From Candidatus Planktophila sp. (GTDB taxonomy: Bacteria > Actinomycetota > Actinomycetes > Nanopelagicales > Nanopelagicaceae), in the NCBI GenBank assembly GCA_003569185.1, contig BGOJ01000001.1, forward strand, positions 64,557-128,556: DNA of 64,000 nt, written 5' to 3'. A program made the translations under genes and the position numbers. The notes under the pieces were generated by a model. It was not told the DNA's origin, did no database searches, and was given only the letters and a program-made list of their open reading frames with translations. This document shows positions 50,331 through 61,599 of this stretch, in pieces; position 1 is the first letter of the stretch; each line of letters starts with the position of its first letter.

Positions 50331-53300
50331 CGCGTAAAGGCTTCAGTCATTAAAGCCTTCTCTTCCTCTTCATGTAGGTGATGATTTCCAGTAGCAGGGC
50401 TGGCAGTTGCTCTTCTAGAAACTCTTCGCAAACTTCTGCCGGCTAACTCATCATGAGCAACAAAAGCTTCAGCCACAGCTAGAGCAACAAATGGCCAAGG
50501 ACCTTGGTTGGCCGGTTCATCTTGCACCCATAGCAAAGTTGCATTTGGATGAAGTTTTACTTGGGCAATTATTTCATCAACTGGCAGCGGATATAACTGT
50601 TCAATTCTGACAATTGCAGTTGAAAACTCATTTAATTTTTCCCGCTCAGCAATTAGATCGTAGTAAACCTTTCCGGAGGTGAAAATTAAACGAGTTGCAT
50701 TCTGAACTTTCGCATCGGTAATTAATGGTTTAAATGTGCCAGTTGTAAAATCAGTTAATCTACTTGCAGCAGCTTTTAACCGCAGCATTGATTTTGGTTC
50801 AAAAACAATTAGCGGCCTTCGTGCTGGATTTTTCATGTGCCATCTAAGTAGATGGAAATACGAAGCAGGAGTTGATGGCTGAGCTACTGTCATGTTTTGC
50901 TCGGCACATAATGTTAAAAATCTTTCAATTCGACCAGATGAGTGATCAGGTCCTTGACCTTCATAGCCATGTGGCAACAAGAGCACTACAGAGGTTCGCT
51001 CACCCCATTTTTGTAAAGCAGATGAGATAAATTCATCAACAATAGTTTGTGCACCATTTGCGAAATCTCCAAATTGCGCTTCCCAAATAACTAAGGCGTT
51101 ATCGCGCTCAACGGAGTAGCCATACTCAAAACCCATCACTGCATACTCAGAGAGTAAGGAGTCATAGATATGGAATTGATTTGGATCTTTAACCAATGAC
51201 CTAAGTGGGAAAAGATCTGCGCCAGTTTCCTTATCAACTACTACTGCGTGGCGATTGCTAAATGTGCCACGTCTGACATCTTGACCACTCATTCTGATTG
51301 GATGGCCTTCAAGAAGTAATGAGCCAAATGCAAACATCTCACCTGCTGCCCAATCCACTATGCCATCAGCAAGCATCTCAGTGCGCTTTAATAATTGAGG
51401 CAATAATTTTGGATGAACTGTGAAATCCTTTGGAATATCTCCTTGGGTAGCGGCAATCTTCTTTAAATCAGATTCACTTACTGCTGTGTTTACACTCTCT
51501 GGCGCTGGCACAACTGGTGCTTTCCAATTTGGATCACTTGCTGGCTCAGTGTTATGAACTGAACTAAATACACCCTCTAGTTGTTGCTGGTAATCACGCA
51601 ACACCTCTTCAGCCTCTTCAACAGTTATGTCGCCGCGGCCAATTAACGCTTCGGTGTAAAGCTTTCTGGTGGATCGCTTGGCATCTACTAATTTATACAT
51701 CAATGGTTGAGTAAAGCTTGGCTCATCACCTTCATTGTGACCACGTCTGCGGTAGCAGATCAGATCAATGACAACATCCTTATTAAATTCTTGGCGATAT
51801 TCAAATGCCAATCTGGCAACTCGAACACATGCTTCTGGGTCATCACCATTAACATGAAAGACCGGAGCCTGAATCATCTTGGCAATATCAGTTGAATAAG
51901 TTGATGATCTTGCAGCATGTGGTGAGGTTGTAAATCCAACCTGGTTATTAACCACGATATGAATGGTGCCACCTGTGCGATAACCCTTTAATAATGAAAG
52001 TGAGAGAGTTTCAGAGACCACACCTTGACCTGCAAATGCAGCATCTCCATGTAAAAGTATTGGTAGAACTGGATAAGAGGTTTGTTCATCAACTGAAAAA
52101 TCACCAGCAGCAGCTCTTAATTTATCTTGCTTTGCTCGAACAATTCCTTCTAGCACTGGATTTACCGCTTCAAGGTGAGATGGATTAGCAGCTAAGTAAA
52201 TCTTGGTAGTAGCTCCACTTTCTGCAGTGAATACTCCTTTAGTTCCAAGGTGGTACTTAACATCGCCTGAACCATGCACTTCATTGTCATGGTAATTACC
52301 TTCAAACTCCTGAAATATCTGGCCATAAGATTTACCAGCAATATTTGCTAAAACATTTAAACGACCACGATGGGGCATACCAATGCAGACCTCATCTAAT
52401 TTACTCTCCGCCGCAGATGAAATCATTGCATCTAGAAGTGGAATTACTGACTCACCGCCTTCTAGTGAGAATCGCTTTTGACCAACATATTTAGTTTGTA
52501 AAAATGATTCAAAAGCCTCTGCTGAATTTAATTTTCTTAATATTCGAAGTTGTTCCTCGCGGGCAGTTCTAGGGGCGCCAACCTCAATCCGCTCTTGAAT
52601 CCACTTTCGCTCCAATGGATTGGCAATATACATATATTCAACGCCAATGGTTCGACAGTATGAATCACGAAGAATTCCTAAGATTCTGCGAAGCTTCATT
52701 GTTGGCTTGCCACCAAAGCCATCAGTTGCAAACTCGCGATCAAGATCCCAAAGTGAAAGGCCGTGATTTACTACATCTAAATCTGGATGTGATCTTTGAA
52801 CGTAAGCCAGCGGCTCAACATCTGCCATTAAATGGCCAGTTGTTCGGTAGGCATCGATTAATTTTTGAACTCTAGCGGTCTTACTTGCCTCATCAGCCTT
52901 CGCATCTTGCATATCAACAACCCAGCGAATTGGCACATAAGGAATTCGAAGGGCTTCGAAAATTTCATCATAGAAGTTTTCTTCACCAAGTAATATCTGA
53001 TGAATTCGACGTAAAAAGTCGCCAGATTGTGCACCTTGAATAATTCGATGATCGTAGGTACTAGTTAATGTAACAACTTTGCTGATTCCAAGATCTGCCA
53101 AAGTTTGTTCATTTGCGCCATGAAACTCTGCTGGATAATCCAGCGCACCAACTCCAAGAATTGTGCCTTGTCCTTGCACTAAGCGCGGCACTGAATGAAC
53201 TGTGCCAATTGTTCCTGGATTAGTTAGTGAAATAGTTGTACCGGCAAAATCCTCAACTGTTAGGGAGCCACCACGAGCTTTTCTAACAGTATCTTCATAA

Positions 53301-54082
53301 GCAGACCAAAATTGCGCAAAATCTAACTCTTCACAACCTTTAATTGATGGCACAAGTAATTGGCGAGAACCATCTGGTTTGGCTAAATCAATTGCAATAC
53401 CCAAATTAATATGTTCGGGGTGTCCAATTGCTGGCTTGCCCTCTAACTCTGTGAAAAATGCATTCATCTCTGGCATTGCCCGGATTGCCTTGATCATGGC
53501 ATAACCAATTAGATGGGTAAATGAAACTTTGCCACCACGGCCTCGTTTTAAATGATTATTAATTACAGTTCGATTATCAATCATAAGTTTTGCCGGAACT
53601 GCGCGAACACTAGTTGCGGTTGGGACAGTTAATGAACCTTCCATCGATTGCACAACTCTGGCTGCCACACCACGCAATGGCTCAACAGAGGAAGCACCTG
53701 GTGTAACTAAGGTTGGGATTGGTTTAACAATTGGATCGGCAGGCTTAAATGTTGTACTTGCAACTACAACTGGCTCAACTTTTTCAACTTCAACTGGGGC
53801 AACTACAACCGGCGGTGTTACAACCGCTGCAGCTGGAGTTGATTTAGCTAATTGTGATTTTGGAATAGGCGGCGTGCCAGGTTTAATCGCTGGTGTAGAT
53901 GAAATTACTGTGCCATTTAAAGATGAATTACCTTTGAAATCTGCGAAGAAATCCCACCACGCTTTATCAACTGAGGATGGATCACTCTGGTAGCGCTCAT
54001 ACATCTCTTGCACTAACCACTCATTAGGTCCAAAGGAGCCACCAAAGTGATTAGCGGGCGTATTAGCTCCTACTTCACTCAC
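50327..54082 (-). CDS. kgd: Multifunctional 2-oxoglutarate decarboxylase/dehydrogenase (E2-E1 fusion)
   Basis: FGPNEWLV, TYDHRIIQG, GMPHRGRLN, HGDAAF, PHGYEGQGPDHSS. Confidence 0.97.
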   Translation of the reverse strand: MSEVGANTPANHFGGSFGPNEWLVQEMYERYQSDPSSVDKAWWDFFADFKGNSSLNGTVISSTPAIKPGTPPIPKSQLAKSTPAAAVVTPPVVVAPVEVEKVEPVVVASTTFKPADPIVKPIPTLVTPGASSVEPLRGVAARVVQSMEGSLTVPTATSVRAVPAKLMIDNRTVINNHLKRGRGGKVSFTHLIGYAMIKAIRAMPEMNAFFTELEGKPAIGHPEHINLGIAIDLAKPDGSRQLLVPSIKGCEELDFAQFWSAYEDTVRKARGGSLTVEDFAGTTISLTNPGTIGTVHSVPRLVQGQGTILGVGALDYPAEFHGANEQTLADLGISKVVTLTSTYDHRIIQGAQSGDFLRRIHQILLGEENFYDEIFEALRIPYVPIRWVVDMQDAKADEASKTARVQKLIDAYRTTGHLMADVEPLAYVQRSHPDLDVVNHGLSLWDLDREFATDGFGGKPTMKLRRILGILRDSYCRTIGVEYMYIANPLERKWIQERIEVGAPRTAREEQLRILRKLNSAEAFESFLQTKYVGQKRFSLEGGESVIPLLDAMISSAAESKLDEVCIGMPHRGRLNVLANIAGKSYGQIFQEFEGNYHDNEVHGSGDVKYHLGTKGVFTAESGATTKIYLAANPSHLEAVNPVLEGIVRAKQDKLRAAAGDFSVDEQTSYPVLPILLHGDAAFAGQGVVSETLSLSLLKGYRTGGTIHIVVNNQVGFTTSPHAARSSTYSTDIAKMIQAPVFHVNGDDPEACVRVARLAFEYRQEFNKDVVIDLICYRRRGHNEGDEPSFTQPLMYKLVDAKRSTRKLYTEALIGRGDITVEEAEEVLRDYQQQLEGVFSSVHNTEPASDPNWKAPVVPAPESVNTAVSESDLKKIAATQGDIPKDFTVHPKLLPQLLKRTEMLADGIVDWAAGEMFAFGSLLLEGHPIRMSGQDVRRGTFSNRHAVVVDKETGADLFPLRSLVKDPNQFHIYDSLLSEYAVMGFEYGYSVERDNALVIWEAQFGDFANGAQTIVDEFISSALQKWGERTSVVLLLPHGYEGQGPDHSSGRIERFLTLCAEQNMTVAQPSTPASYFHLLRWHMKNPARRPLIVFEPKSMLRLKAAASRLTDFTTGTFKPLITDAKVQNATRLIFTSGKVYYDLIAEREKLNEFSTAIVRIEQLYPLPVDEIIAQVKLHPNATLLWVQDEPANQGPWPFVALAVAEAFVAHDELAGRSLRRVSRRATASPATGNHHLHEEEEKALMTEAFTR

Positions 54083-54250
54083 CTATGCACTCCCTATATT
54101 TCACCAGATTGAGATTGCTCACCTTTAGGTCAATCTTAACTGCAAGCCAGCACTGGCTAAACCCGCTGGCCCTTATAACTTAAGTGAAAGTGGCCACCAG
54201 CACATGAATAAGGGTGGCGAGAAGGTGTAAATAACGGCAAGGTTGCACCC

Positions 54251-54979
54251 ATGAGTAATCAAGGCAAATGGGCAATAGTTACTGGTGGCTCACGTGGGCT
54301 TGGCTATGAAACTGCCAAAGGTTTAATTGCAGCTGGCATTTTTGTTTACATAATTGGCAAAGATGAAAATCGGGTGAAAGAAAGTGGCGAAAAACTAGGT
54401 TGCCAATCCCGCGCAGTGGATGTTGCCGATAGTGAGAAATTTCGTAAAACTTTAATTGAGATAACAGAGGATGCAAGAGGTCGAGGTTTTGATATTTTAG
54501 ATGTCTTAGTGCTTGCGCACGGGGTAATGAGTGAAAAAATGTCAAAGACTTTAAAAACAACAGATGAAGAGTGGCGCAGAGTTTTAGCAATAAATTTAGA
54601 TGCAGTCTTTACTGCGATTAATCAATTAGCCCCTGCTATGGCCGAAGCACGTAAAGGAAGAGTTGTTGTTTACTCAGCTTGCTTGGGCAGAATGTCCGGC
54701 CCTGGAACTCATGGTGGATTAGCGCCATACCGAATCAGCAAAGCTGGCGTTAACGCATTAGTTAAAAATCTTTCATATGAAACTGGGTTGGGCGCTCGCG
54801 GTTTTCTGGTAGATGCAATCTGTCCAAATCACTCACGAACAGATATGGGTGGGCCAGATGCCCCACGTAGTGCACAAGAGGGTGCCGAAACTGCTATCTG
54901 GTTAGCTACGAGAGATTTTGATCCAACAAAAGATAAGACTGGATTACTTTGGGAGGATCGACAAATAGTTGATTGGTAA
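54251..54979 (+). CDS. Short-chain dehydrogenase/reductase
   Basis: TGGSRGLG, YRISK, RTDMGG. Confidence 0.9.
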   Translation: MSNQGKWAIVTGGSRGLGYETAKGLIAAGIFVYIIGKDENRVKESGEKLGCQSRAVDVADSEKFRKTLIEITEDARGRGFDILDVLVLAHGVMSEKMSKTLKTTDEEWRRVLAINLDAVFTAINQLAPAMAEARKGRVVVYSACLGRMSGPGTHGGLAPYRISKAGVNALVKNLSYETGLGARGFLVDAICPNHSRTDMGGPDAPRSAQEGAETAIWLATRDFDPTKDKTGLLWEDRQIVDW

Positions 54980-55354
54980 TTATTCGGAATAGCCAAGTGC
55001 GGCTGAAATCAAAGTAATTACCGCCAAAATTGCTAACGGGATTCCAATTAACAAAAAATTTCCAGAGATCATGTAATAGGAAACACCAAGGGCGATTAAA
55101 TTTGCTAAAACTGCAGGAGCTCGACCAAAGGAACGCTTCTTTTCAAAACCTACTGCTGAAAACCAAAGGCCAATAGATGCAACAAGAGCAAAAATAATCT
55201 CAGCTGACAACGCGGCAGGGGCGCTAACATCGGAAATAAAGGGTGCAATCAATAGATAAATAACAATGGCGAAAATAATCAGTGATTCGAATTTGAGCAG
55301 AAAAATCGCCCGAATTCGAGAGTTATCCGTCGATAAGACTCTTTTCAGATCCAT
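54980..55354 (-). CDS. Hypothetical 4-TM membrane protein
   Basis: Hydrophobic ORF with a GRAPAV motif; fills the intergenic gap. Confidence 0.6.
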   Translation of the reverse strand: MDLKRVLSTDNSRIRAIFLLKFESLIIFAIVIYLLIAPFISDVSAPAALSAEIIFALVASIGLWFSAVGFEKKRSFGRAPAVLANLIALGVSYYMISGNFLLIGIPLAILAVITLISAALGYSE

Positions 55355-55381
55355 ATTTAAATACTACCCTTTCTAACGATC

Positions 55382-55867
55382 ATGAATAAGTATGAGAGCG
55401 TTATCGATTCTATTTTTCTCTCCAATAATGGTGAGATTGATCTATTAACTGGCGCAATTTCACCAGATCGTTTTGACCAAATTGTAAAGCGCGACCTTGC
55501 GATTGCCCAACGTAATTCTGCAAGTATAAGCATGATTTCTACTGCAATTAACCTGCCGCAATTCTTTACAGATAACCAAGCCGTAGACCCAATAGAACAG
55601 CAGAGCTTGATTGAGAATGAATTAGTGAATTTACACTTTAACTTAAAGAGTACTTTTCGCCAATCAGATTGTATTTGCCGGGTTTCAAAATTGGGGTTTT
55701 GGATACTTTTAAATGGTGCTGACAAAACAACTACCGATCAATTAGTAGAACGATTAATTAAAGAGTTGCCCAACTACATAACTGTAGGCATGTCTTTATG
55801 GCAACAAGGTGAATCAATTCTTGATTGGTATAAAAGAGTTGATCAGATACATTTTAATAACAATTAG
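55382..55867 (+). CDS. Degenerate GGDEF-domain protein
   Basis: DLLTG, RQSD-x5-SKLGF in place of RxxD-x5-GGDEF, VGMS, KRVD. Confidence 0.7.
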   Translation: MNKYESVIDSIFLSNNGEIDLLTGAISPDRFDQIVKRDLAIAQRNSASISMISTAINLPQFFTDNQAVDPIEQQSLIENELVNLHFNLKSTFRQSDCICRVSKLGFWILLNGADKTTTDQLVERLIKELPNYITVGMSLWQQGESILDWYKRVDQIHFNNN

Positions 55868-55945
55868 TGAGCTTGGAAATCCACACAGTATTAATCTGTT
55901 CACAGGGGTAAAATCACTTCCCACGGTATTGTAAATAATTGGCTA

Positions 55946-56962
55946 ATGAATGAACTTAGCAATCAGTTAGATATTTTCGGTCCGCTTAAAGAGCTTGTAC
56001 TAGATGAGAGTGTTGAAGAAATCTGGATTAACACCCCTAGCAGAGTGTTTATTGCGCGTTCGGGTTGCAGCGAGCTTACAAATCTAGTTCTATCAAAGGA
56101 GGTGGTTCATGACCTTATTGAAAGATTACTCATTTGGGGTGGCCGCCGACTAGATGTTAGTAATCCATTTGTTGATGCACGCCTACCTGATGGCAGCAGA
56201 TTGCATGTGGCAATTCCTGAAGTCACAGCTACGCACTGGGCAGTAAACATTAGAAAACATATCAATCGTGGTAATTCACTTGAGGATTTAGTGAAAATTG
56301 GTTCAATAAATGATGAAATCTTAGAAACCTTAAACCAAGCAGTTGCTAGTGGTTTGAACATATTAGTAAGTGGCGGCACGCAAGCTGGTAAAACTACTTT
56401 TCTAAGTGCATTGCTTAGTCGAATTCCAGTCAGTGAAAGAGTGATCACAATTGAAGAGGTATTTGAATTAAAGCCCAAGTTGCCAGATTGGATCGCTCTA
56501 CAAACTAGAACTGCAAATTTGGAAGGTGATGGTGAGATATCACTTAGAAGATTGATTAAAGAATCACTTCGCATGCGGCCCAGCAGAATTATCGTTGGTG
56601 AGGTTAGAGAGGCTGAAGCACTTGATCTTTTAATTGCGCTTAATTCTGGTCTACCTGGCATGGCTACTTTGCATGCAAACTCAGCAAGAGGAGCAATCGC
56701 CAAATTACAGTTACTGCCATTACTTGCTGGAGAAAATATCGCTCAGAGTTTTATCACTCCCACAATTGCAGCCAGTATTGATCTAGTTGTTCAGTGCTCA
56801 ATCGATTCAAGTGGAAATAGGAGAGTAGTTGAAATTGCTGCCGTTACTGGCAGGTGCGAAGGCGGAAATATTGAAGTAGAAAACTTATTTAAATGGAGTA
56901 GCCGTGGCTATGAAAAAGGTTTAGGCAATCTTTCCGGCTTATTGAAGAAGAGAAATCAATAG
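55946..56962 (+). CDS. tadA: TadA/CpaF pilus assembly ATPase
   Basis: VDARLPDGSR, GGTQAGKTT, LRMRPSRIIVGEVR, TLHANS. Confidence 0.92.
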   Translation: MNELSNQLDIFGPLKELVLDESVEEIWINTPSRVFIARSGCSELTNLVLSKEVVHDLIERLLIWGGRRLDVSNPFVDARLPDGSRLHVAIPEVTATHWAVNIRKHINRGNSLEDLVKIGSINDEILETLNQAVASGLNILVSGGTQAGKTTFLSALLSRIPVSERVITIEEVFELKPKLPDWIALQTRTANLEGDGEISLRRLIKESLRMRPSRIIVGEVREAEALDLLIALNSGLPGMATLHANSARGAIAKLQLLPLLAGENIAQSFITPTIAASIDLVVQCSIDSSGNRRVVEIAAVTGRCEGGNIEVENLFKWSSRGYEKGLGNLSGLLKKRNQ

Positions 56963-56970
56963 CACTCCCT

Positions 56971-57630
56971 ATGAGAAATTTACTTGTTTGGATGTTTCTT
57001 TCATTTCTAGTAGCGGTGATCTATTTTGTTGTTAAGAAAAATAGAGAAAAGAAAGCAGCCCAAAATCGAGCTAATGCTTGGCCAGAAGCTTTGGATTTAG
57101 TTATTTCCTCCTTGCAATCAGGAGCATCGATTACTGAGAGTCTGTCTAACTTAGCAAATGTTGGGCCTAATTCACTTCGCCTAGATTTTGCAGATTTTTC
57201 CGCCAATATGGCAGATGGCATGAAGTTTGAAATTGCTCTAAATAAATTGAAAACCAAATTTGCAGATCCAATCTCTGATCAGTTGTGTGAGGTGCTTTAC
57301 TTTGCTGCCAAATTTGGTAGCAGAAACACAATCAAGGTGCTTCGCGAACTATCTGAGTATGTATCAGCAGATTTATCAGTTCGTGCTGAGATAAATACCA
57401 GATTTGGTTGGATAAAGAATTCAGCCAATTTGGCAGCCCTGGCACCCTGGCTGCTATTTCTAATCTTGCGTACCCAAACAAATGCAAAGGTTGCATATCA
57501 GCAACCAGTTGGACAATTTTTGATGGTCATCGGGGTCCTGGCAACTTTAATTGCTTATTATTGGATGAATCGAATTGCCAACTTACCAAAAGCAAAACGG
57601 ATATTCACTCTTGCATTGAGCGACACATGA
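56971..57630 (+). CDS. tadB: TadB-like T2SS-F domain protein
   Basis: WPEALD..SSLQSG, APW, C-terminal TM. Confidence 0.8.
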   Translation: MRNLLVWMFLSFLVAVIYFVVKKNREKKAAQNRANAWPEALDLVISSLQSGASITESLSNLANVGPNSLRLDFADFSANMADGMKFEIALNKLKTKFADPISDQLCEVLYFAAKFGSRNTIKVLRELSEYVSADLSVRAEINTRFGWIKNSANLAALAPWLLFLILRTQTNAKVAYQQPVGQFLMVIGVLATLIAYYWMNRIANLPKAKRIFTLALSDT

Positions 57631-58244
57631 AAAGTATTAATCTCTACATATTGATTTTGATCGCCCCAGCGTTGTTGTATTCACTGCGAATAATCTTGAT
57701 AGAGGTAGCAGCTTTAGTATCGGTATCAAATTACGGTAAAGAACTGTTTTGGATAAAGAGCTTTATTGGCAAAGTTACTGGAAGTGAAATTAAACAAAGT
57801 GAGATCAATGAAGAGTTAGTCAGTATTTTGCAGATGATCTCAATCATGATCTCAGCTGGAGAAAGCCCAATGATGGCACTTAAGCATGTTTCTACTAGAT
57901 CAGAAGGTCATTTACCAAAGCTGATAAGTAAAAGTTTCGAGAAATACTCAAATGGCATAAATCTAACTCAGACCTTAAATTTCATAGCGGTGGCAACTGG
58001 TTCAACACAGGTTAGAAGACTTACCAACTCAATTCAAATAGCTATCCAACGCGGCACACCAATTTTAGATGTATTGAACAACCAAGTAGTGGCATTAAAT
58101 AAGCAGATAAATCTTGAGCTACTGAAAAAATCGGGTAAGAGTGAGATTGCCTTACTTATCCCAGTGGTCTTTTTGATCCTGCCCGTTTCAATAAGTTTTG
58201 CTATTTGGCCCTCTATCTATGGCTTAAACCAAGCGGGGTTTTAA
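57627..58244 (+). CDS. tadC: TadC-like T2SS-F domain protein
   Basis: ATGA overlap start; AGES, RGTP, GKSEIALLIPVVFLILP. Confidence 0.8.
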   Translation: MKSINLYILILIAPALLYSLRIILIEVAALVSVSNYGKELFWIKSFIGKVTGSEIKQSEINEELVSILQMISIMISAGESPMMALKHVSTRSEGHLPKLISKSFEKYSNGINLTQTLNFIAVATGSTQVRRLTNSIQIAIQRGTPILDVLNNQVVALNKQINLELLKKSGKSEIALLIPVVFLILPVSISFAIWPSIYGLNQAGF

Positions 58245-58257
58245 CGCGAAAGGTTAG

Positions 58258-59604
<1,347 letters not shown>

Positions 59605-59630
59605 TTGATTCATAAAGTAGTATCGGTCTT

Positions 59631-59753
59631 GATGTTTCCGGGGGTCGGTGCAATTCCGAACCGGCGGTCAAAGTCCGCGACCCAAATGAAATTCATTTGG
59701 TTGACTTGGTGAAACTCCAAGACCGACAGTTAAAGTCTGGATAAAGGAACATC
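59631..59753 (+). ncRNA. FMN riboswitch (RFN element)
   Basis: GGGGTCGGTGCAATTCCGAACCGGCGGT..AGTCCGCGA..GGTGAAACTCCA..ACCGACAGT.AAAGTCTGGAT; P1 GATGTT/AACATC. Confidence 0.95.
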
Positions 59754-59766
59754 TAGGAGATAACGT

Positions 59767-60441
59767 ATGTCTATTTTGGAATGGCTATTTGAAGCTCAAA
59801 TCCAATTTGGTAGTAAATCAATTACTTACCGAGAGATCATTGGTGGACTTTTAGGTCTTACTAGTGCTGTCTTTGGGTTAAAAAGAAAAGTATTTGCATG
59901 GCCAATTGGAATTACTGGTGACGCACTTTTATTCACCGTTTTTCTTGGCGCAGTATTTTCATTTGGTGCCGATGGTGATGAAAAGACTTTTTACGGCCAA
60001 GCTGGTCGAAACCTTCTTTTAATCTTTGTCAGCATCTATGGCTGGATTCGTTGGAATCAGCACCGCAAATCCGGTGCTCCAGGAACTCCGGCGGTTGTTC
60101 CACGTTGGACAACCACTAAAGAGAAGATGGTTTTAGTACCCGCCATCATAATTTTTTACACACTCGCATATCAATTGTTTAAATCTTTAGGTCAAACTGG
60201 AACCTGGTTAGCAGTTGATACCTGGATATTTACTGGAACAGCTTTGGCGACCTTTGGTATGAGCCGTGGCTATGTTGAGTTCTGGTTAGTCTGGATTGCA
60301 GTTGATTTAGTTGGTGTGCCATTTGCATTTAGCAATGGTTACTACCCAACTGGAACTTTGTATGCGATCTACCTACCATTTGTTATCTGGGGCTTTATTT
60401 CTTGGCTAAAGATCTCAAAGAAAGAAAAAGTAAGTTCCTAA
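59767..60441 (+). CDS. ribM: PnuC-family riboflavin transporter (RibM/PnuX)
   Basis: WPIGI, YGWIRW, EFWLVWIAVD; downstream of the FMN riboswitch. Confidence 0.85.
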   Translation: MSILEWLFEAQIQFGSKSITYREIIGGLLGLTSAVFGLKRKVFAWPIGITGDALLFTVFLGAVFSFGADGDEKTFYGQAGRNLLLIFVSIYGWIRWNQHRKSGAPGTPAVVPRWTTTKEKMVLVPAIIIFYTLAYQLFKSLGQTGTWLAVDTWIFTGTALATFGMSRGYVEFWLVWIAVDLVGVPFAFSNGYYPTGTLYAIYLPFVIWGFISWLKISKKEKVSS

Positions 60442-60452
60442 CTAAGAGTAAT

Positions 60453-60488
60453 AAAAAAAGGACCGAGATAATTCTCGGTCCTTTTTTT
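60453..60488. terminator. Bidirectional intrinsic terminator
   Basis: A7-GGACCGAGA-TAAT-TCTCGGTCC-T7. Confidence 0.92.
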
Positions 60489-61536
60489 AACGCTCCTGCA
60501 GCTCTTCGGGAGTTCCGTGAACACCCTTTAAGTCACCACTTAATTTATATCCAATACCATCACGCTGCATTGGTCTTTTTGCTTTGCTCCAGTCAGGTGG
60601 CACAACTCCAAGCACTCCTTTTTGGAAATCATCAAAAGCTTTTAAAACTTCAGATTTAGTATTCATAACAAATGGACCCATCCAGGCCACAGGTTCTTTG
60701 ATTGGTAGTCCACCAAGTATTAAAACATCCATAGTTGGGGAACGAGATTCTTGGTTTAGATCAGCGGTAATAACTATTTGATCACCATCTCGGTAGGTAA
60801 CAAGTTGACCAGTTTTAATTGCATGCTTTTCATCACCAACAGTTCCAAATCCATTCAACACATAAGTTAAAGCATTATAAGAAGGGTTCCAAGGAATTCT
60901 TAATTCAGCACCTGGTTGCAAAGTTGCATGCACTAAATTGATAGGTGTTTGTGTTGAGCCAGGACCTTTATGTCCTGCAACTTCACCAGCAATAACACGC
61001 AACAGTGCGCCACCATCACTTGAAGATAGCAGTGCCACATCCGATGCTCTTAAATCTTGGTAGGCAGGTAGTGACCATTTTTTAGCTGCAGGTAAATTTA
61101 CCCAAAGCTGAAAGCCATGAAATAAACCACCACTCATAACTAAATGCTCTGGCGGAGTTTCAATATGCAAAATACCTGCACCAGCTGTCATCCACTGAGT
61201 ATCACCATTGGAAATCGTTCCACCGCCACCATGATTGTCATAATGGTCAAAGATCCCATCAATAATGTATGTAACTGTTTCAAAACCTCGATGCGGATGC
61301 CACGGCGTACCTTTTGGTTCACCTGGTGCATACTCAACCTCACCCATTTGATCTAAATGAATAAAAGGATCTAAATCAGATAAATCAACACCTGCAAATG
61401 CTCTTCTAACTGGAAAGCCTTCACCTTCATGTCCTTGTGGTGCGGTAGTAATGCTTTTAACTCGTCTTGAGGGAGTTGATGGATCGCCAACAACTCTAGG
61501 AAGAAGTGTTATATCTTTAACAGTTACTGCTGGCAA
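60487..61536 (-). CDS. Pirin family protein (TTG start)
   Basis: DPFIHLD, HPHRGFETVT, MTAGAGILH.E, QLWVNLP, GPFVMN. Confidence 0.93.
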   Translation of the reverse strand: MPAVTVKDITLLPRVVGDPSTPSRRVKSITTAPQGHEGEGFPVRRAFAGVDLSDLDPFIHLDQMGEVEYAPGEPKGTPWHPHRGFETVTYIIDGIFDHYDNHGGGGTISNGDTQWMTAGAGILHIETPPEHLVMSGGLFHGFQLWVNLPAAKKWSLPAYQDLRASDVALLSSSDGGALLRVIAGEVAGHKGPGSTQTPINLVHATLQPGAELRIPWNPSYNALTYVLNGFGTVGDEKHAIKTGQLVTYRDGDQIVITADLNQESRSPTMDVLILGGLPIKEPVAWMGPFVMNTKSEVLKAFDDFQKGVLGVVPPDWSKAKRPMQRDGIGYKLSGDLKGVHGTPEELQER

Positions 61537-61573
61537 AGTGTCTCCAATGATTTTTAATAGCGGTAAATACTAC

Positions 61574-61599
61574 AACTAAATTATTAATGTAAATATTCC
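61574..61599 (-). promoter_or_regulatory. SigR/SigH-type ECF promoter for pirin
   Basis: Minus strand GGAAT-ATTTACATTAATAATTTA (18 nt)-GTT. Confidence 0.65.

Noticed and set aside
57408-57626. 73-aa N-terminal extension of TadC in the ORF track
   Set aside because: Overlaps tadB by more than 200 nt; the ATGA-coupled start at 57627 is more plausible
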